Shown: positions 18,893 to 28,202 of the stretch, in pieces
Layout of the letters: each line of letters starts with the position of its first letter
Numbering within the stretch: position 1 is the first letter of the stretch
Origin: an uncultured Eubacteriales bacterium
GTDB taxonomy: Bacteria > Bacillota > Clostridia > Christensenellales > Aristaeellaceae
Reading direction: 5' to 3'
DNA length: 55,811 nucleotides
Assembly (NCBI GenBank): GCA_900321565.1
Contig: ONWQ01000428.1
Span: forward strand, 1 to 55,811
Notes under the pieces: generated by a model
Databases searched by the model: none
Told to the model about the DNA's origin: nothing
Seen by the model: the letters and a program-made list of their open reading frames with translations, nothing else
Made by a program: the position numbers and the translations under genes

Positions 18893-19962
18893 GGGGACAC
18901 CTCCGAATGACTGGAATATTGTGTGGACACGCGGGCACGATAGGATTCTGCTTCCTGTACTGTTTGAGCAAGATAACGGATTACCTGTACCGGATACTGG
19001 CCGATGGCTGTTTCACCGGTGACCATAAGGTAGTCTGCACCATCAAGAACAGCATTGAAGATATCGCTGACTTCTGCACGGGTGGGTACTGGGGATGTAA
19101 TCATGGATTGCAGCATCTGTGTAACAACCATGAAAGGTTTACCTGCTTCCCGGCATAGCGCGGCAATATCTTTCTGTACACCGGGGAGAGACCAGAGCGG
19201 TACAGCGTTCCCAAGATCACCCCGTGCAATGACGATCACATCGGCAGACGGCAGGATTTCCCGGATGTGATCCAGGCCGGACAGAGTCTCAATCTTGGCA
19301 AAGATATGAGCATGAAGATTCCGGGCTGACAAAGCAGCCCGGACTTCTTCCAGATCGGAGGCACTGCGGACAAACGGCTGCATGACAGACGTTACGCCTG
19401 CTTCAGCGGCCAGATCCAGATTCATCAGGTCTGCTGCAGTAAGAGCCGGACTTTTAATTTCTCTGTTTTCTATCTTGACGGACTGACCGTTTTCAAGCAC
19501 TCCGCCCCGAAGGACCTGCGCCAGAAACCCATCATCAGCCGCAGTATCAGTGTTTGCCCCGGGTGTGCTATTGCGAATGATCTCAATGCGGATAAGACCA
19601 TCATGAATCAACAGATGATCTCCGGTACGCAGGGCAGCGGCAAGCCCGGGAGAAACATGAAAGGCGGGAAGCGCTTTGCAGTTGACGGAAGGCTGAATTA
19701 CCAGCTGATCGCCGCTTGTGACAGTATACGGCTCAGGGATACCGTCAATGCGCTGTTCAGGTCCCTGAAGATCAATCATGAGGTCTGCCTGCTGTCCGAC
19801 AGTACGGCAGGCAGACCGGAATGTACTGAGAAGCTGTGTACTCTCCTTCAGTGAGGTATGACTCAGGTTCAGTCTCATACCATCCAGTCCATAGTGCAGC
19901 ATCTGTGCCAGGACATCTGTCTGATTGCAGGCGGGTCCTAAAGTTGCATACAGTTTTGCCAT
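18889..19962 (-). CDS. Pyruvate kinase-like protein (A and B domains only; the C-terminal regulatory domain is absent)
   Basis: MAKLYATLGPA...GMRLNLSH...KIETLSG...ARGDLG...VTQMLQSM...PTRAEVSDIFNAVLDGADYLMVTGETAIGQYP match the pyruvate kinase barrel motifs. The ORF ends about 20 aa after the last barrel helix, at 357 aa. Confidence 0.8.
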   Translation of the reverse strand: MAKLYATLGPACNQTDVLAQMLHYGLDGMRLNLSHTSLKESTQLLSTFRSACRTVGQQADLMIDLQGPEQRIDGIPEPYTVTSGDQLVIQPSVNCKALPAFHVSPGLAAALRTGDHLLIHDGLIRIEIIRNSTPGANTDTAADDGFLAQVLRGGVLENGQSVKIENREIKSPALTAADLMNLDLAAEAGVTSVMQPFVRSASDLEEVRAALSARNLHAHIFAKIETLSGLDHIREILPSADVIVIARGDLGNAVPLWSLPGVQKDIAALCREAGKPFMVVTQMLQSMITSPVPTRAEVSDIFNAVLDGADYLMVTGETAIGQYPVQVIRYLAQTVQEAESYRARVSTQYSSHSEVSP

Positions 19963-20164
19963 AATCCGGAAAACCTCGATCTGTACATAATAGTGTTCCC
20001 TCCATTGCATCCTGCAGACTGTCCGGAAGGAAGCGGAAAAACGCTGGTTGTCCGGACCATCATATCATGTTCGGAAAAGAATTGCACACATGCATGGAAA
20101 AAAGAGGGCAGGAAACGAAGTACAAGAAAAGCACAGAATAAGGAGCAACTGGCGAAAAAGAGAA

Positions 20165-20194
20165 ACGACAGATGTTGGGAAGCTGTGATACAAT
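20165..20194 (+). promoter_or_regulatory. Candidate promoter for the thioesterase gene (extended -10 TGATACAAT)
   Basis: ACGACA at 20165-20170, an 18-nt spacer, TG at 20186-20187 and TACAAT at 20189-20194. Confidence 0.3.
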
Positions 20195-20250
20195 GAGTTG
20201 GATATTCTGCAAAGACAGCTTCAGAAAGCATGAAAGGGGCAGAGCAGAAG

Positions 20251-20673
20251 ATGCTAAGAAAAGTGCAGTACTACGAAACGGACCGCATGGGTATTGCGCA
20301 TCATGCAAATTATCTTCACTGGATGGAAGAAGCACGGATTCTCTTCATGGAGGAGCTGGGGTTTGCATATGAACGCATGGAAGCGGAAGGAATCCTGTCT
20401 CCTGTAAGGGCTGTGCAACTTGAGTATCTGCAATCCTGTACATTTGGTGATCTTCTGACAGTGGAGGTCCGGGTTCTTTCCTTTGATAAAGTTGTGCTCC
20501 GTCTGGGCTATACCATCAGCAAAAATGGCCAGGATGACTGTATCTGCAGGGCAACGTCGGATCATGTTTTCCTGGATCCGGAAGGACACTTTGTCCGGAT
20601 TCATCGCAGACTGCCCGAGTTTACGGAAAAAATAGAGCAGTGCATCCATAAACAAGGCCGGGATGTATGCTGA
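20251..20673 (+). CDS. Hotdog-fold acyl-CoA thioesterase (YbgC/4HBT family)
   Basis: MLRKVQYYETDRMGIAHHANYLHWMEEAR is the canonical 4HBT N-terminus with the catalytic Asp. An upstream in-frame ATG at 20230 cannot be excluded. Confidence 0.8.
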   Translation: MLRKVQYYETDRMGIAHHANYLHWMEEARILFMEELGFAYERMEAEGILSPVRAVQLEYLQSCTFGDLLTVEVRVLSFDKVVLRLGYTISKNGQDDCICRATSDHVFLDPEGHFVRIHRRLPEFTEKIEQCIHKQGRDVC

Positions 20674-20691
20674 GAAAGCAGGGACTGTGCT

Positions 20692-21618
20692 ATGCCAATG
20701 ATGCTTGTTTTTCGTCAGATACTCTGCATTCTTCTTTATATACTGGTCGGTTATGTTGCAGGAAAAATCCACTGGATTGGTCCGGAACTGCGAAAAGACC
20801 TGACAACGCTTTGTGCAAATCTGATTCTGCCGTTTACTATTCTTTCTTCGTCCAGGCAGACGCTTGATGCGCAGGGTTTCAAGAATCTGGGCATAGCGGT
20901 GGCAGTGATACTACTGGTTTTTGGACTTACTCTTGCGGTTTCATTGCTGATACACAGGCTCAGAAGATCCGGGAATGCAATCCGTGCGGCATCCACAGGT
21001 CTTGTGACGTTCCCGAACTGCACTTTTCTTGGCCTGCCACTGTGTCAGGCACTGTTCGGTGATATGGGAATACTGTACAATGTAGCAGCGTTGCTGGTAT
21101 TTAATGTACTGTTTTTTGCAGTTCAGTATGCATTGTTTACCGGAGAAAGGTTCCATTTGCGACTGTTGCTGACACCGGGCATGGTCAGTACACTGATTCT
21201 GATTCCCATGCTGCTGCTGCAGATTCATTTTCCGGATCCGGTACAGACTGTTGTCGGAAATATCGGAAGTATGATAACACCGCTTTCTCTGATCATTATC
21301 GGTGTTATGATGTCGGAGAATCGCCTTGTCAGTCTGTTGACGGAAAAGAAAGCTTATATGATAGTGGTAATCCGGAATCTGGTAATTCCGCTCCTGGCAT
21401 GTCTGCTTCTGCGGATTGTGCCGCTGGAATCAATGGAAAAACTGTGTGTTCTGATCTATATCGCCTGTCCGTGTGCAACCCTGACTTCACTGTATGCGAT
21501 CAAGGCAGATAAGGAGCCGGAGTTATGCGGACGTACTGTGCTGATGTCAACGCTTTTCTTTGCTGTGACCTTACCGCTGATTATTGCCGCAGGTCAGAGA
21601 ATTCTTAATGTGACATGA
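20692..21618 (+). CDS. AEC (auxin efflux carrier) family transporter
   Basis: 308-aa protein with about 10 TM segments. The N-terminus ILCILLYILVGYVAGK and overall topology are typical of AEC permeases. Confidence 0.85.
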   Translation: MPMMLVFRQILCILLYILVGYVAGKIHWIGPELRKDLTTLCANLILPFTILSSSRQTLDAQGFKNLGIAVAVILLVFGLTLAVSLLIHRLRRSGNAIRAASTGLVTFPNCTFLGLPLCQALFGDMGILYNVAALLVFNVLFFAVQYALFTGERFHLRLLLTPGMVSTLILIPMLLLQIHFPDPVQTVVGNIGSMITPLSLIIIGVMMSENRLVSLLTEKKAYMIVVIRNLVIPLLACLLLRIVPLESMEKLCVLIYIACPCATLTSLYAIKADKEPELCGRTVLMSTLFFAVTLPLIIAAGQRILNVT

Positions 21619-21781
21619 GGCTCCAGGCATCACTCTGTGAGATGTTGAGAGATTCATTCCCCGGAAATGTCATTGAGGGTGCAGAATCAGAGTCTTCGGA
21701 ACAGAATTGGATGCTGCAGGATAAAAATCGGAATCAAAACTGACAGAAACAGATAGCAGATGAGAGAATAAGGAGGATTGT

Positions 21782-23794
21782 ATGATTTATTACGTGAATG
21801 CTCAGGCGCCCAGAGAAGGGAATGGAAGCCAGATTATGCCATTCCGCAGGATTAATGATGCCGCACAGCTTGCCCGGCCAGGCGATGAGATTCTGGTTGC
21901 GCCCGGCGTATACAGAGAGTATGTAAACCCGCGTTATGCAGGGACTGAGGAACAGCGCATTGTTTATCGTTCTGAAAAGCCCGGGACGGCTGTGATTACG
22001 GGCGCTGAAGAGCTGAAAGAATGGAAGCACTGGAAAGGGGACGTATGGACAGCCCGGGTACAGAATGGTGTTTTCGGCGGGTATAATCCGTATACTACGT
22101 TTGTCTGCGGAGACTGGTATTTTGCACCCACAATCAGGCACACGGGCGCGGTGTTTCTCAATGATAAGCAGATGTATGAGACAGCGACCCTGGAAGAATG
22201 CCTGAAAGGGAAAGCAGACCCGTGTTCCTGGGCACAGGAGGAGTCAACATACAAGTGGTTCACAGAACAGGATGGTAACGAAACGGTTCTGTATGCAAAT
22301 TTCCACGGCAAAGATCCGAACCTGGAAAATGTGGAGATTACGGTACGCAGAAACTGCTTTATGCCGGAAGAAACAGGTATCAGCTGGATTACGGTTTCAG
22401 GATTTACCATCTGTAAGGCGGCAACAACATGGGCGCCACCTGCTGCATATCAGGACGGGATGATCGGTCCGCACTGGAGCCGCGGCTGGATTATCGAGGA
22501 CTGTGAAATTTATGGCAGCAAATGCTGCGGGATTTCTCTGGGCAAGTACAGGGATCCGGAAAATGATATGTATTTTTATACCCGTCATGTCAAAAGCCCC
22601 ACGCAAATGGAGCGGGATGCAGTGTGCCGGGGACAATACCATGGCTGGGTGAAGGAAAAGGTCGGGGGTCACATCATTCGCAGATGTAATATTCATCACT
22701 GCGAGCAGACCGGGATTGTCGGCCGGATGGGCGGTGTATTTTCCACCATTGAAGACTGTGAGATCCATCATATCTGCAATTCACAGCAACTGGGCGGTGC
22801 TGAGACTGCAGGGATCAAGCTGCATGCAGCGATAGATGTAACCATTCGAAGAAATCATATTCATCACTGTATTATGGGAATCTGGTGTGACTGGCAGGCA
22901 CAGGGTGCACGGATTAGCCAGAACCTGCTTCACGACAATCAGCCGCCGGCAGGTGTGCAGCATGCTCAGGGGGCCATGTTCAGTACAGATGTCTTTATTG
23001 AAGTCGGACATGGACCAACACTGATTGATAACAATCTGCTGTTGTCCAGGGTTTCGGTGACGATGCCAAGTCAGGGAATTGCCTGTGTCCATAACCTGGT
23101 TCTTGGTTCTTTCAGTCTGATTAATTCCGGAGTGGACAGTATTGTCAATGGACAGCGTGAGCCGCGGTATACGCCTTACCATATACGTCATCGTACAGAA
23201 GTTGCCGGTTTTATGACCATACTGCATGGTGATGACAGAATTTTCAATAATATTTTTGTTCAGGCGTATCCGATTGAGCATCCGGAGAAGACTCCGAAGG
23301 ATGCGGACTATGAAGCAGCGGGAACCAAGGCGTTTGATATTTTCCCGTCATATGATGAATGGATCTCTCATTTTATGATCGGACAGGAACCGGACATGGG
23401 TGCTCTTGCTCCCTATCACTTCGGCCACCTGCCTGTCTGGATTGATGGGAATGCCTATCTGAACGGAGCCAATGTATCCAAGCATGACAGCCACACGCTT
23501 GTGAACAAACGGAGCAAGGTTAAGGTCGAGCTTACGGAAGATCAGGGCGAATACAGGCTTCAGACAAACCTGTACAAGGTGTTAAAGGATTTTACCGGTG
23601 GCATTGTGAGCAGTGATACACTGGGTAAAGCGTTCGAACCTGAAGAGCGGTTCGAGAATCCGGATGGCTCTGACCTTATTCTGGACCGGGATTATCTGGG
23701 AGATCATCGGAGCGTGCATCCGGTTCCGGGACCTTTTGCTGAGGCGGTGACTGATCTGACCGTCTGGAAAAACGCCTGGGCAGGTATGAGATAA
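21782..23794 (+). CDS. Cytoplasmic right-handed beta-helix glycoside hydrolase, probably a GH120-type beta-xylosidase
   Basis: An AAGGAGG SD is present and there is no signal peptide. The N-terminus PFRRINDAAQLARPGDEILVAPGVYREYVNP, and the blocks YANFHGKDPNLENVEITVRRNCF, TWAPPAAYQDGMIGPHWSRGWIIE and AGIKLHAAIDVTIRRNHIHHC, match my recollection of GH120 (XylC-like) proteins. This needs an HMM check. Confidence 0.6.
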   Translation: MIYYVNAQAPREGNGSQIMPFRRINDAAQLARPGDEILVAPGVYREYVNPRYAGTEEQRIVYRSEKPGTAVITGAEELKEWKHWKGDVWTARVQNGVFGGYNPYTTFVCGDWYFAPTIRHTGAVFLNDKQMYETATLEECLKGKADPCSWAQEESTYKWFTEQDGNETVLYANFHGKDPNLENVEITVRRNCFMPEETGISWITVSGFTICKAATTWAPPAAYQDGMIGPHWSRGWIIEDCEIYGSKCCGISLGKYRDPENDMYFYTRHVKSPTQMERDAVCRGQYHGWVKEKVGGHIIRRCNIHHCEQTGIVGRMGGVFSTIEDCEIHHICNSQQLGGAETAGIKLHAAIDVTIRRNHIHHCIMGIWCDWQAQGARISQNLLHDNQPPAGVQHAQGAMFSTDVFIEVGHGPTLIDNNLLLSRVSVTMPSQGIACVHNLVLGSFSLINSGVDSIVNGQREPRYTPYHIRHRTEVAGFMTILHGDDRIFNNIFVQAYPIEHPEKTPKDADYEAAGTKAFDIFPSYDEWISHFMIGQEPDMGALAPYHFGHLPVWIDGNAYLNGANVSKHDSHTLVNKRSKVKVELTEDQGEYRLQTNLYKVLKDFTGGIVSSDTLGKAFEPEERFENPDGSDLILDRDYLGDHRSVHPVPGPFAEAVTDLTVWKNAWAGMR

Positions 23795-23821
23795 AAGAAC
23801 ACAATACCCGAGAAACAGGAA

Positions 23822-23853
23822 CCCCCGTGTCCTTTTGACAGGCACGGGGGTTT
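23822..23853. terminator. Shared hairpin between the convergent beta-helix gene and sfsA
   Basis: CCCCCGTGTC (23822-23831) pairs with GGCACGGGGG (23841-23850) around a loop of about 9 nt. The flanking T-runs are short on both strands. Confidence 0.5.
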
Positions 23854-23888
23854 GACTATGCGGGTGATTCAGCGAAGAAAGGGGGTTG

Positions 23889-24554
23889 CTACCAGCTGAA
23901 GCCGGAAACAGCACATATGGAGTTTTCTGTGACAGTACAGGGCAGGCTGATGATTCTTACTCCGGCTTGCTCGGCGAGCCTGAACTGTTCAGCAAAGGCC
24001 GGGTCTGATTCCTGATTGGGTCTGACTGAGAAAACGCTTTCTGTCTGAATGACAAAAATCAAAGCACAGCGAAACCCCTGCTCTAATGCACTGGTCAGCT
24101 CGGCGAGATGCCTTGCGCCTCTCAGCGTAGGTGCGTCCGGAAAAAAGCCGACGCCATTTCGGACCAGTGTACAGCCCTTGACTTCAATCAGCCATGGCTG
24201 GTGGTTACGGACAGCAAGGTAATCCAGACGTGAACGACCGAAGGTATACTCAGGATGTATCGGGTCAAAATGATTGGCAGCCAGCCATTCCCTGACGACA
24301 GAATTGGGTGCGAGACTGTCAATGTTGAACAGTGCTCCCTGCGGCTTTCGTACAGCAATCAGGTCATAAGCAGTTTTCCTGTTTGGTCCATGTGCCTGTA
24401 TAAGATAAACCGATGCGCCCGGCAGAAGAAGCTCCCCGAGACGTCCGGTGTTTCTGACATGAACAGAAACCGTGTGGCCTTCCAGCAGCACATCAGCAAC
24501 GAACCTGTTGCGGCGGCGGATAAAAACAGCTTCCTGGCAATATGTGTAATCCAT
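23889..24554 (-). CDS. sfsA: Sugar fermentation stimulation protein SfsA (PD-(D/E)xK-fold DNA-binding protein)
   Basis: FIRRRNRFVADVLLEGHTVSVHVRNTGRLGELLLPGA and the 221-aa length are typical of SfsA. A GGAGG SD is embedded in the end of the upstream gene. Confidence 0.9.
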   Translation of the reverse strand: MDYTYCQEAVFIRRRNRFVADVLLEGHTVSVHVRNTGRLGELLLPGASVYLIQAHGPNRKTAYDLIAVRKPQGALFNIDSLAPNSVVREWLAANHFDPIHPEYTFGRSRLDYLAVRNHQPWLIEVKGCTLVRNGVGFFPDAPTLRGARHLAELTSALEQGFRCALIFVIQTESVFSVRPNQESDPAFAEQFRLAEQAGVRIISLPCTVTENSICAVSGFSW

Positions 24555-24557
24555 GGA

Positions 24558-26372
24558 TTAACCTCCGTGGGAAACAGGATGCAGATGATTGTATATTTCC
24601 CGGTAAGAAGGTTCTTCGTCTTCCCTGAGAATGGCTTGCAGCCGGCTGAGCAGGTCATGGTCTGTCAGGCAGGATACAATCAGAGGCGAGAATTGTCTGC
24701 TACTTTGTTCGATAATATTCCGGATCATGGACGGAAACTCTTCCGGTACAGATTCTGCTATGCAGACGGCGACAGCGATGACGTCTGTCATCTGCCGGTA
24801 TGCCGATTGGTTGCGCAGGTAGGATTCCGGGAACCCCTGCGTTCCGTCGTACCAACGGTGATGTCCCAGTGCAATATCAGCAAACATCCGGGTAGAGGGA
24901 TGCTTGATCAGATCATCATAGCCTGCATACGTGTGCAGCTGATCAATCTGGTATTCGCGATCAAACAGGGACCGGGTATGGCGCAGACGCTCAAGATTCA
25001 TTTTCATGTATCCAAAATCATGATACAGTCCGCAGCCTTCGGCAAAAGACAGAATCGTCGGGAGTTTTTCCTCATGAGGTAGCGACTGGATCAGCGGTAT
25101 ATCATCAAAAAAGGCCGGATCAAAAGTGAAGAGGTCCTGGCAGATCATTCGGGCCAGTTTACCAACTTTCACAGATCGGAGATAGAGAGCGCCGGCAAAC
25201 CGCTGCATGAGAGCGCCGGAGACTTCACGATACGTCAGTGTTCCATCGGTTTCATAGTACTCTGTCAGGGCAAGATTGATAACATACAGAAAAAAATCAT
25301 TCAGCTGGTCTGCGGGGTAGCTTAAAAGAACACGCATCATTTTCTGATATGCTTCGGCAAGATAGTTCATATGATCCAAGTCTCGCTGAAGTAGCGGATG
25401 TTCTTTCATCAGGGAACCGTAATAAATAGTCAGCTGTACGTTTGCATACAGACCATCTATGCTGTAATCATTTTCCTCGGTTCTGTCTATGAGATGCCGC
25501 ATACGGGCCATGGTGGTGCTGATGTTTGCAAGCCCGCAGCTGTATTCCATTTCATAGTAAGGCCAGAGCCAGCGCACGGATGGATGCTCAGCCTTTTCTT
25601 CCGGCTGAAATACCACATGGCAGGATTCCAGCACGGTAGCCAGTTCAGCGCGGGTGAGGTCGCCTGAAGACAGCGCTTTTCTATTGGCGCTCATCTGCTG
25701 ATGTGTTTTTCTGAGGAACGTATCCCAGGGCAGGGTTGGCGCAAGCGCCTGGTAATCAGGGTCCTGCGCCAGCTGAAGAACCGTTCCGCTGGCCGCAATC
25801 TTACGGTGCGAGTCCTGAGAGCATATTGCGATATTGGCCAGACTGCGAACGATATATCCCCGGGTTTCATCGTCCGGCATCCGGGAAAAATGCTGCAGAT
25901 AGGAAGCCGCCTCTGTGAATACCATCTCATTCTGAAAGTGCAGTGACCGGGTACGCTCATTCCGTAGTCCGAGCACATGGCGGTTCTGGTAGTACATCCC
26001 CATACCAAGCTTATAGAGTTCCTGGAGAATTCGGCGAGTGTCTTTCTGCATGCGCGCAAGGCGAAGCATGGCCTCATGGATTAACACATAAACACCGGCA
26101 TCAAGGTTCGTTGACCAGTCCATCAGAACATCCGAAAAATCTGAAAGCTGCCGGATTGTATCAGCATCTGCGCTGTGGAGTGTGTCAAGAACAGGGAACA
26201 GATACTCCCGAAGCAAAGCATTGTTTTCCTGATAAAGGGACAGAATATCGGATTCGGACTGCTTTCTGCTTTGGTACCATGTATCAAATGGTGCATCAAT
26301 ACAACGAAAGAAGTCGTGCAGTTCATAAATAGCGCGTGTGTTCTGAATATACTTCTCCTGATACGGGAGCAT
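24558..26372 (-). CDS. Protein with a large helical N-terminal domain of unknown function and a divergent HD-GYP-like C-terminal domain
   Basis: 604 aa with a GGAGG SD. The C-terminus carries YHDFGY and GHHRWYDGTQGFP, where HD-GYP proteins have HDxGK and HHExxDGxGYP. I recognise no REC, GGDEF or EAL motif. Confidence 0.75.
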   Translation of the reverse strand: MLPYQEKYIQNTRAIYELHDFFRCIDAPFDTWYQSRKQSESDILSLYQENNALLREYLFPVLDTLHSADADTIRQLSDFSDVLMDWSTNLDAGVYVLIHEAMLRLARMQKDTRRILQELYKLGMGMYYQNRHVLGLRNERTRSLHFQNEMVFTEAASYLQHFSRMPDDETRGYIVRSLANIAICSQDSHRKIAASGTVLQLAQDPDYQALAPTLPWDTFLRKTHQQMSANRKALSSGDLTRAELATVLESCHVVFQPEEKAEHPSVRWLWPYYEMEYSCGLANISTTMARMRHLIDRTEENDYSIDGLYANVQLTIYYGSLMKEHPLLQRDLDHMNYLAEAYQKMMRVLLSYPADQLNDFFLYVINLALTEYYETDGTLTYREVSGALMQRFAGALYLRSVKVGKLARMICQDLFTFDPAFFDDIPLIQSLPHEEKLPTILSFAEGCGLYHDFGYMKMNLERLRHTRSLFDREYQIDQLHTYAGYDDLIKHPSTRMFADIALGHHRWYDGTQGFPESYLRNQSAYRQMTDVIAVAVCIAESVPEEFPSMIRNIIEQSSRQFSPLIVSCLTDHDLLSRLQAILREDEEPSYREIYNHLHPVSHGG

Positions 26373-26376
26373 GAGA

Positions 26377-28101
26377 TCACCTCCTGCCAGGTACGGTTCG
26401 GAGAATGCGCATCAGGTTTTCGATATCCACAGGTTTGGCAATGTGCCCGTTCATTCCGCATTGATGCGCTTTTGATATGTCTTCTGCAAATGTGTTTGCT
26501 GTCATGGCAAAGATAGGAATGGTCTTCGCGTCCGCGTGAGCAGAGGCACGGATCTGTTCAGTGGCGGTATATCCGTCCATGACGGGCATCTGAATATCCA
26601 TAAGAATCAGGCTGTATGTGCCGGATGGTGCTTCAAGAAAATGTTGCACGGCTTCCTGACCGTTTTCGGCAGTATCGATCTTTGCTTGGGTCAGAGCAAG
26701 GATTTCTGAAGCGATTTCACGGTTAATCAGGTTATCTTCGACCAGAAGCAACGTACACCCCTGCAGGTCCGGATATGAAGTGCCGGGGGCCTGGCCGTCG
26801 CTTGTACTGAGTGTACCGGCGATACCGTTAAGCAGAGAATTTCTGAAGAAAGGAACCGGAATGAATGTGACAATACCACATTTCTGAGCCCGGTATTCGA
26901 TATTGTTCCAGTTGACATCGCTGACAAGGATAAGAGGCATATCTGGCATGGAATGGTGCAGATAGTCTGCAAATTCCAGTACGTCCTGGCTGTCAGTGAT
27001 TTCCTTGCCAAGCAGAATCATGTCAAAAGGCTGATTCCTGTACCGGGCATCCGTAATGAGTGTCAGTGCCTCCGAGACGGTTCCTGCGATCCGGGTATAG
27101 ACAGATGTGTCTTTAAGACAGTGCAGAAATCGTTCCTGAGAGGGTTTATCCGATTCAACAATGAGCAGGCTCAGGGACGGGAGCAGCGGTCGGCTGGATT
27201 GCTTTGTGTCTATTTTCAGCGGAATAGAAATGGTTACGGTTGTTCCTGCTCCCGGAGTACTGAGAATATGGATCGTACCATGCATGGCATCAATCAGTTT
27301 TTTGACAATACTCATGCCGAGGCCGGTGCCTTCAATGCCAGACATGGTAGAAGTCTGAACGCGTTCGAATGGATCATAAATATGTTCAAGGAAATCCGGT
27401 GTCATTCCGATTCCGTTATCCCGGCATACGAATTCCAGAACACATTGGTCAGTGCTGAGCTTTGTGGACACGGACAGTGTGATGCTCCCGCCGTCCGGTG
27501 TATACTTGATGGCGTTACTGAGAATGTTAAGGTAAATCTGCCGCAGACGAAGAATGTCACCGCACAGGTCTTCTTCTGTAATCCCATCGATGTCGAGTTC
27601 AAGCGTGTGCTTTTTTGCCTCCACAAGTGGCCGGGTCATGACCAGAAGATCATGCAGAAGATTTCCTATGGAGAAGACAGCCTCATGAATCTGGAGACGA
27701 CCGGAATTGATATGTGACATTTCCAGGACATCATTGACCAGATTCAGCAGATGCCCGCTGGCAGTTTCAATTTTGGTCAGAGCATCAATGACCCGGTTTT
27801 TTTCATCAATGTGTTTTTTGGCCAGTACGGTCATTCCGATTATGGCGTTCATGGGCGTACGGATATCATGCGACATGTTACTCAGGAACGCTTCCTTGGA
27901 AGCGTTGGCTTCCTCGACTTCCTGAAGTCTCAGCAGAAGCCGGTTTTTTTCCTCGGCTTCATGGTCCAGCGGACAGAGCAGCAGAAGCAAGCCGTCGGAC
28001 AGAACGGCTGTCTCTGTAACACGGTTTGAATCAAAATCATCCGTCTGATAAAGCAGAATATTGCTTCTGGCGGGATCAGTAATAGCATATGCGTATTTCA
28101 T
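26377..28101 (-). CDS. Soluble hybrid sensor histidine kinase (HisKA, HATPase_c, a pseudo-receiver and a receiver)
   Basis: H-box SNMSHDIRTPMNAIIGM, N-box LSNAIKYT, G1 DNGIGM and G2 GTGLGMS are all present. The first receiver-like module lacks the acceptor Asp (FDMILLGKEI). The second is canonical (LLLVEDN...LILMDIQMPVMDG...KP). There is no TM segment, and only about 60 aa precede the H-box. Confidence 0.9.
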   Translation of the reverse strand: MKYAYAITDPARSNILLYQTDDFDSNRVTETAVLSDGLLLLLCPLDHEAEEKNRLLLRLQEVEEANASKEAFLSNMSHDIRTPMNAIIGMTVLAKKHIDEKNRVIDALTKIETASGHLLNLVNDVLEMSHINSGRLQIHEAVFSIGNLLHDLLVMTRPLVEAKKHTLELDIDGITEEDLCGDILRLRQIYLNILSNAIKYTPDGGSITLSVSTKLSTDQCVLEFVCRDNGIGMTPDFLEHIYDPFERVQTSTMSGIEGTGLGMSIVKKLIDAMHGTIHILSTPGAGTTVTISIPLKIDTKQSSRPLLPSLSLLIVESDKPSQERFLHCLKDTSVYTRIAGTVSEALTLITDARYRNQPFDMILLGKEITDSQDVLEFADYLHHSMPDMPLILVSDVNWNNIEYRAQKCGIVTFIPVPFFRNSLLNGIAGTLSTSDGQAPGTSYPDLQGCTLLLVEDNLINREIASEILALTQAKIDTAENGQEAVQHFLEAPSGTYSLILMDIQMPVMDGYTATEQIRASAHADAKTIPIFAMTANTFAEDISKAHQCGMNGHIAKPVDIENLMRILRTVPGRR

Positions 28102-28167
28102 AAATGTACCTCGTTCGGGGGTAATTCTTTTTGGCTCTCTGATGAGAAATGATTATGCTGTCGTGCT

Positions 28168-28202
28168 TATAATATATTGTTTTTTGCATAAGAACAATAT
28201 AT
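28168..28202 (+). promoter_or_regulatory. TATAAT box overlapped by a perfect 10-bp inverted repeat (candidate operator) in the divergent region between the kinase operon and the xylan operon
   Basis: TATAAT at 28168-28173. ATATATTGTT (28172-28181) and AACAATATAT (28193-28202) are exact reverse complements separated by 11 nt. No convincing -35 element is seen. Confidence 0.3.

Noticed and set aside
19700-19720. The GDLG-N-A segment of the pyruvate-kinase-like protein as evidence for a lost metal ligand.
   Set aside because: In pyruvate kinase the Mg ligands are the Glu of KIE and the Asp of GDLG, and both are present here. The residue following GDLG(I/V) is not a ligand, so no inactivation can be claimed from it.
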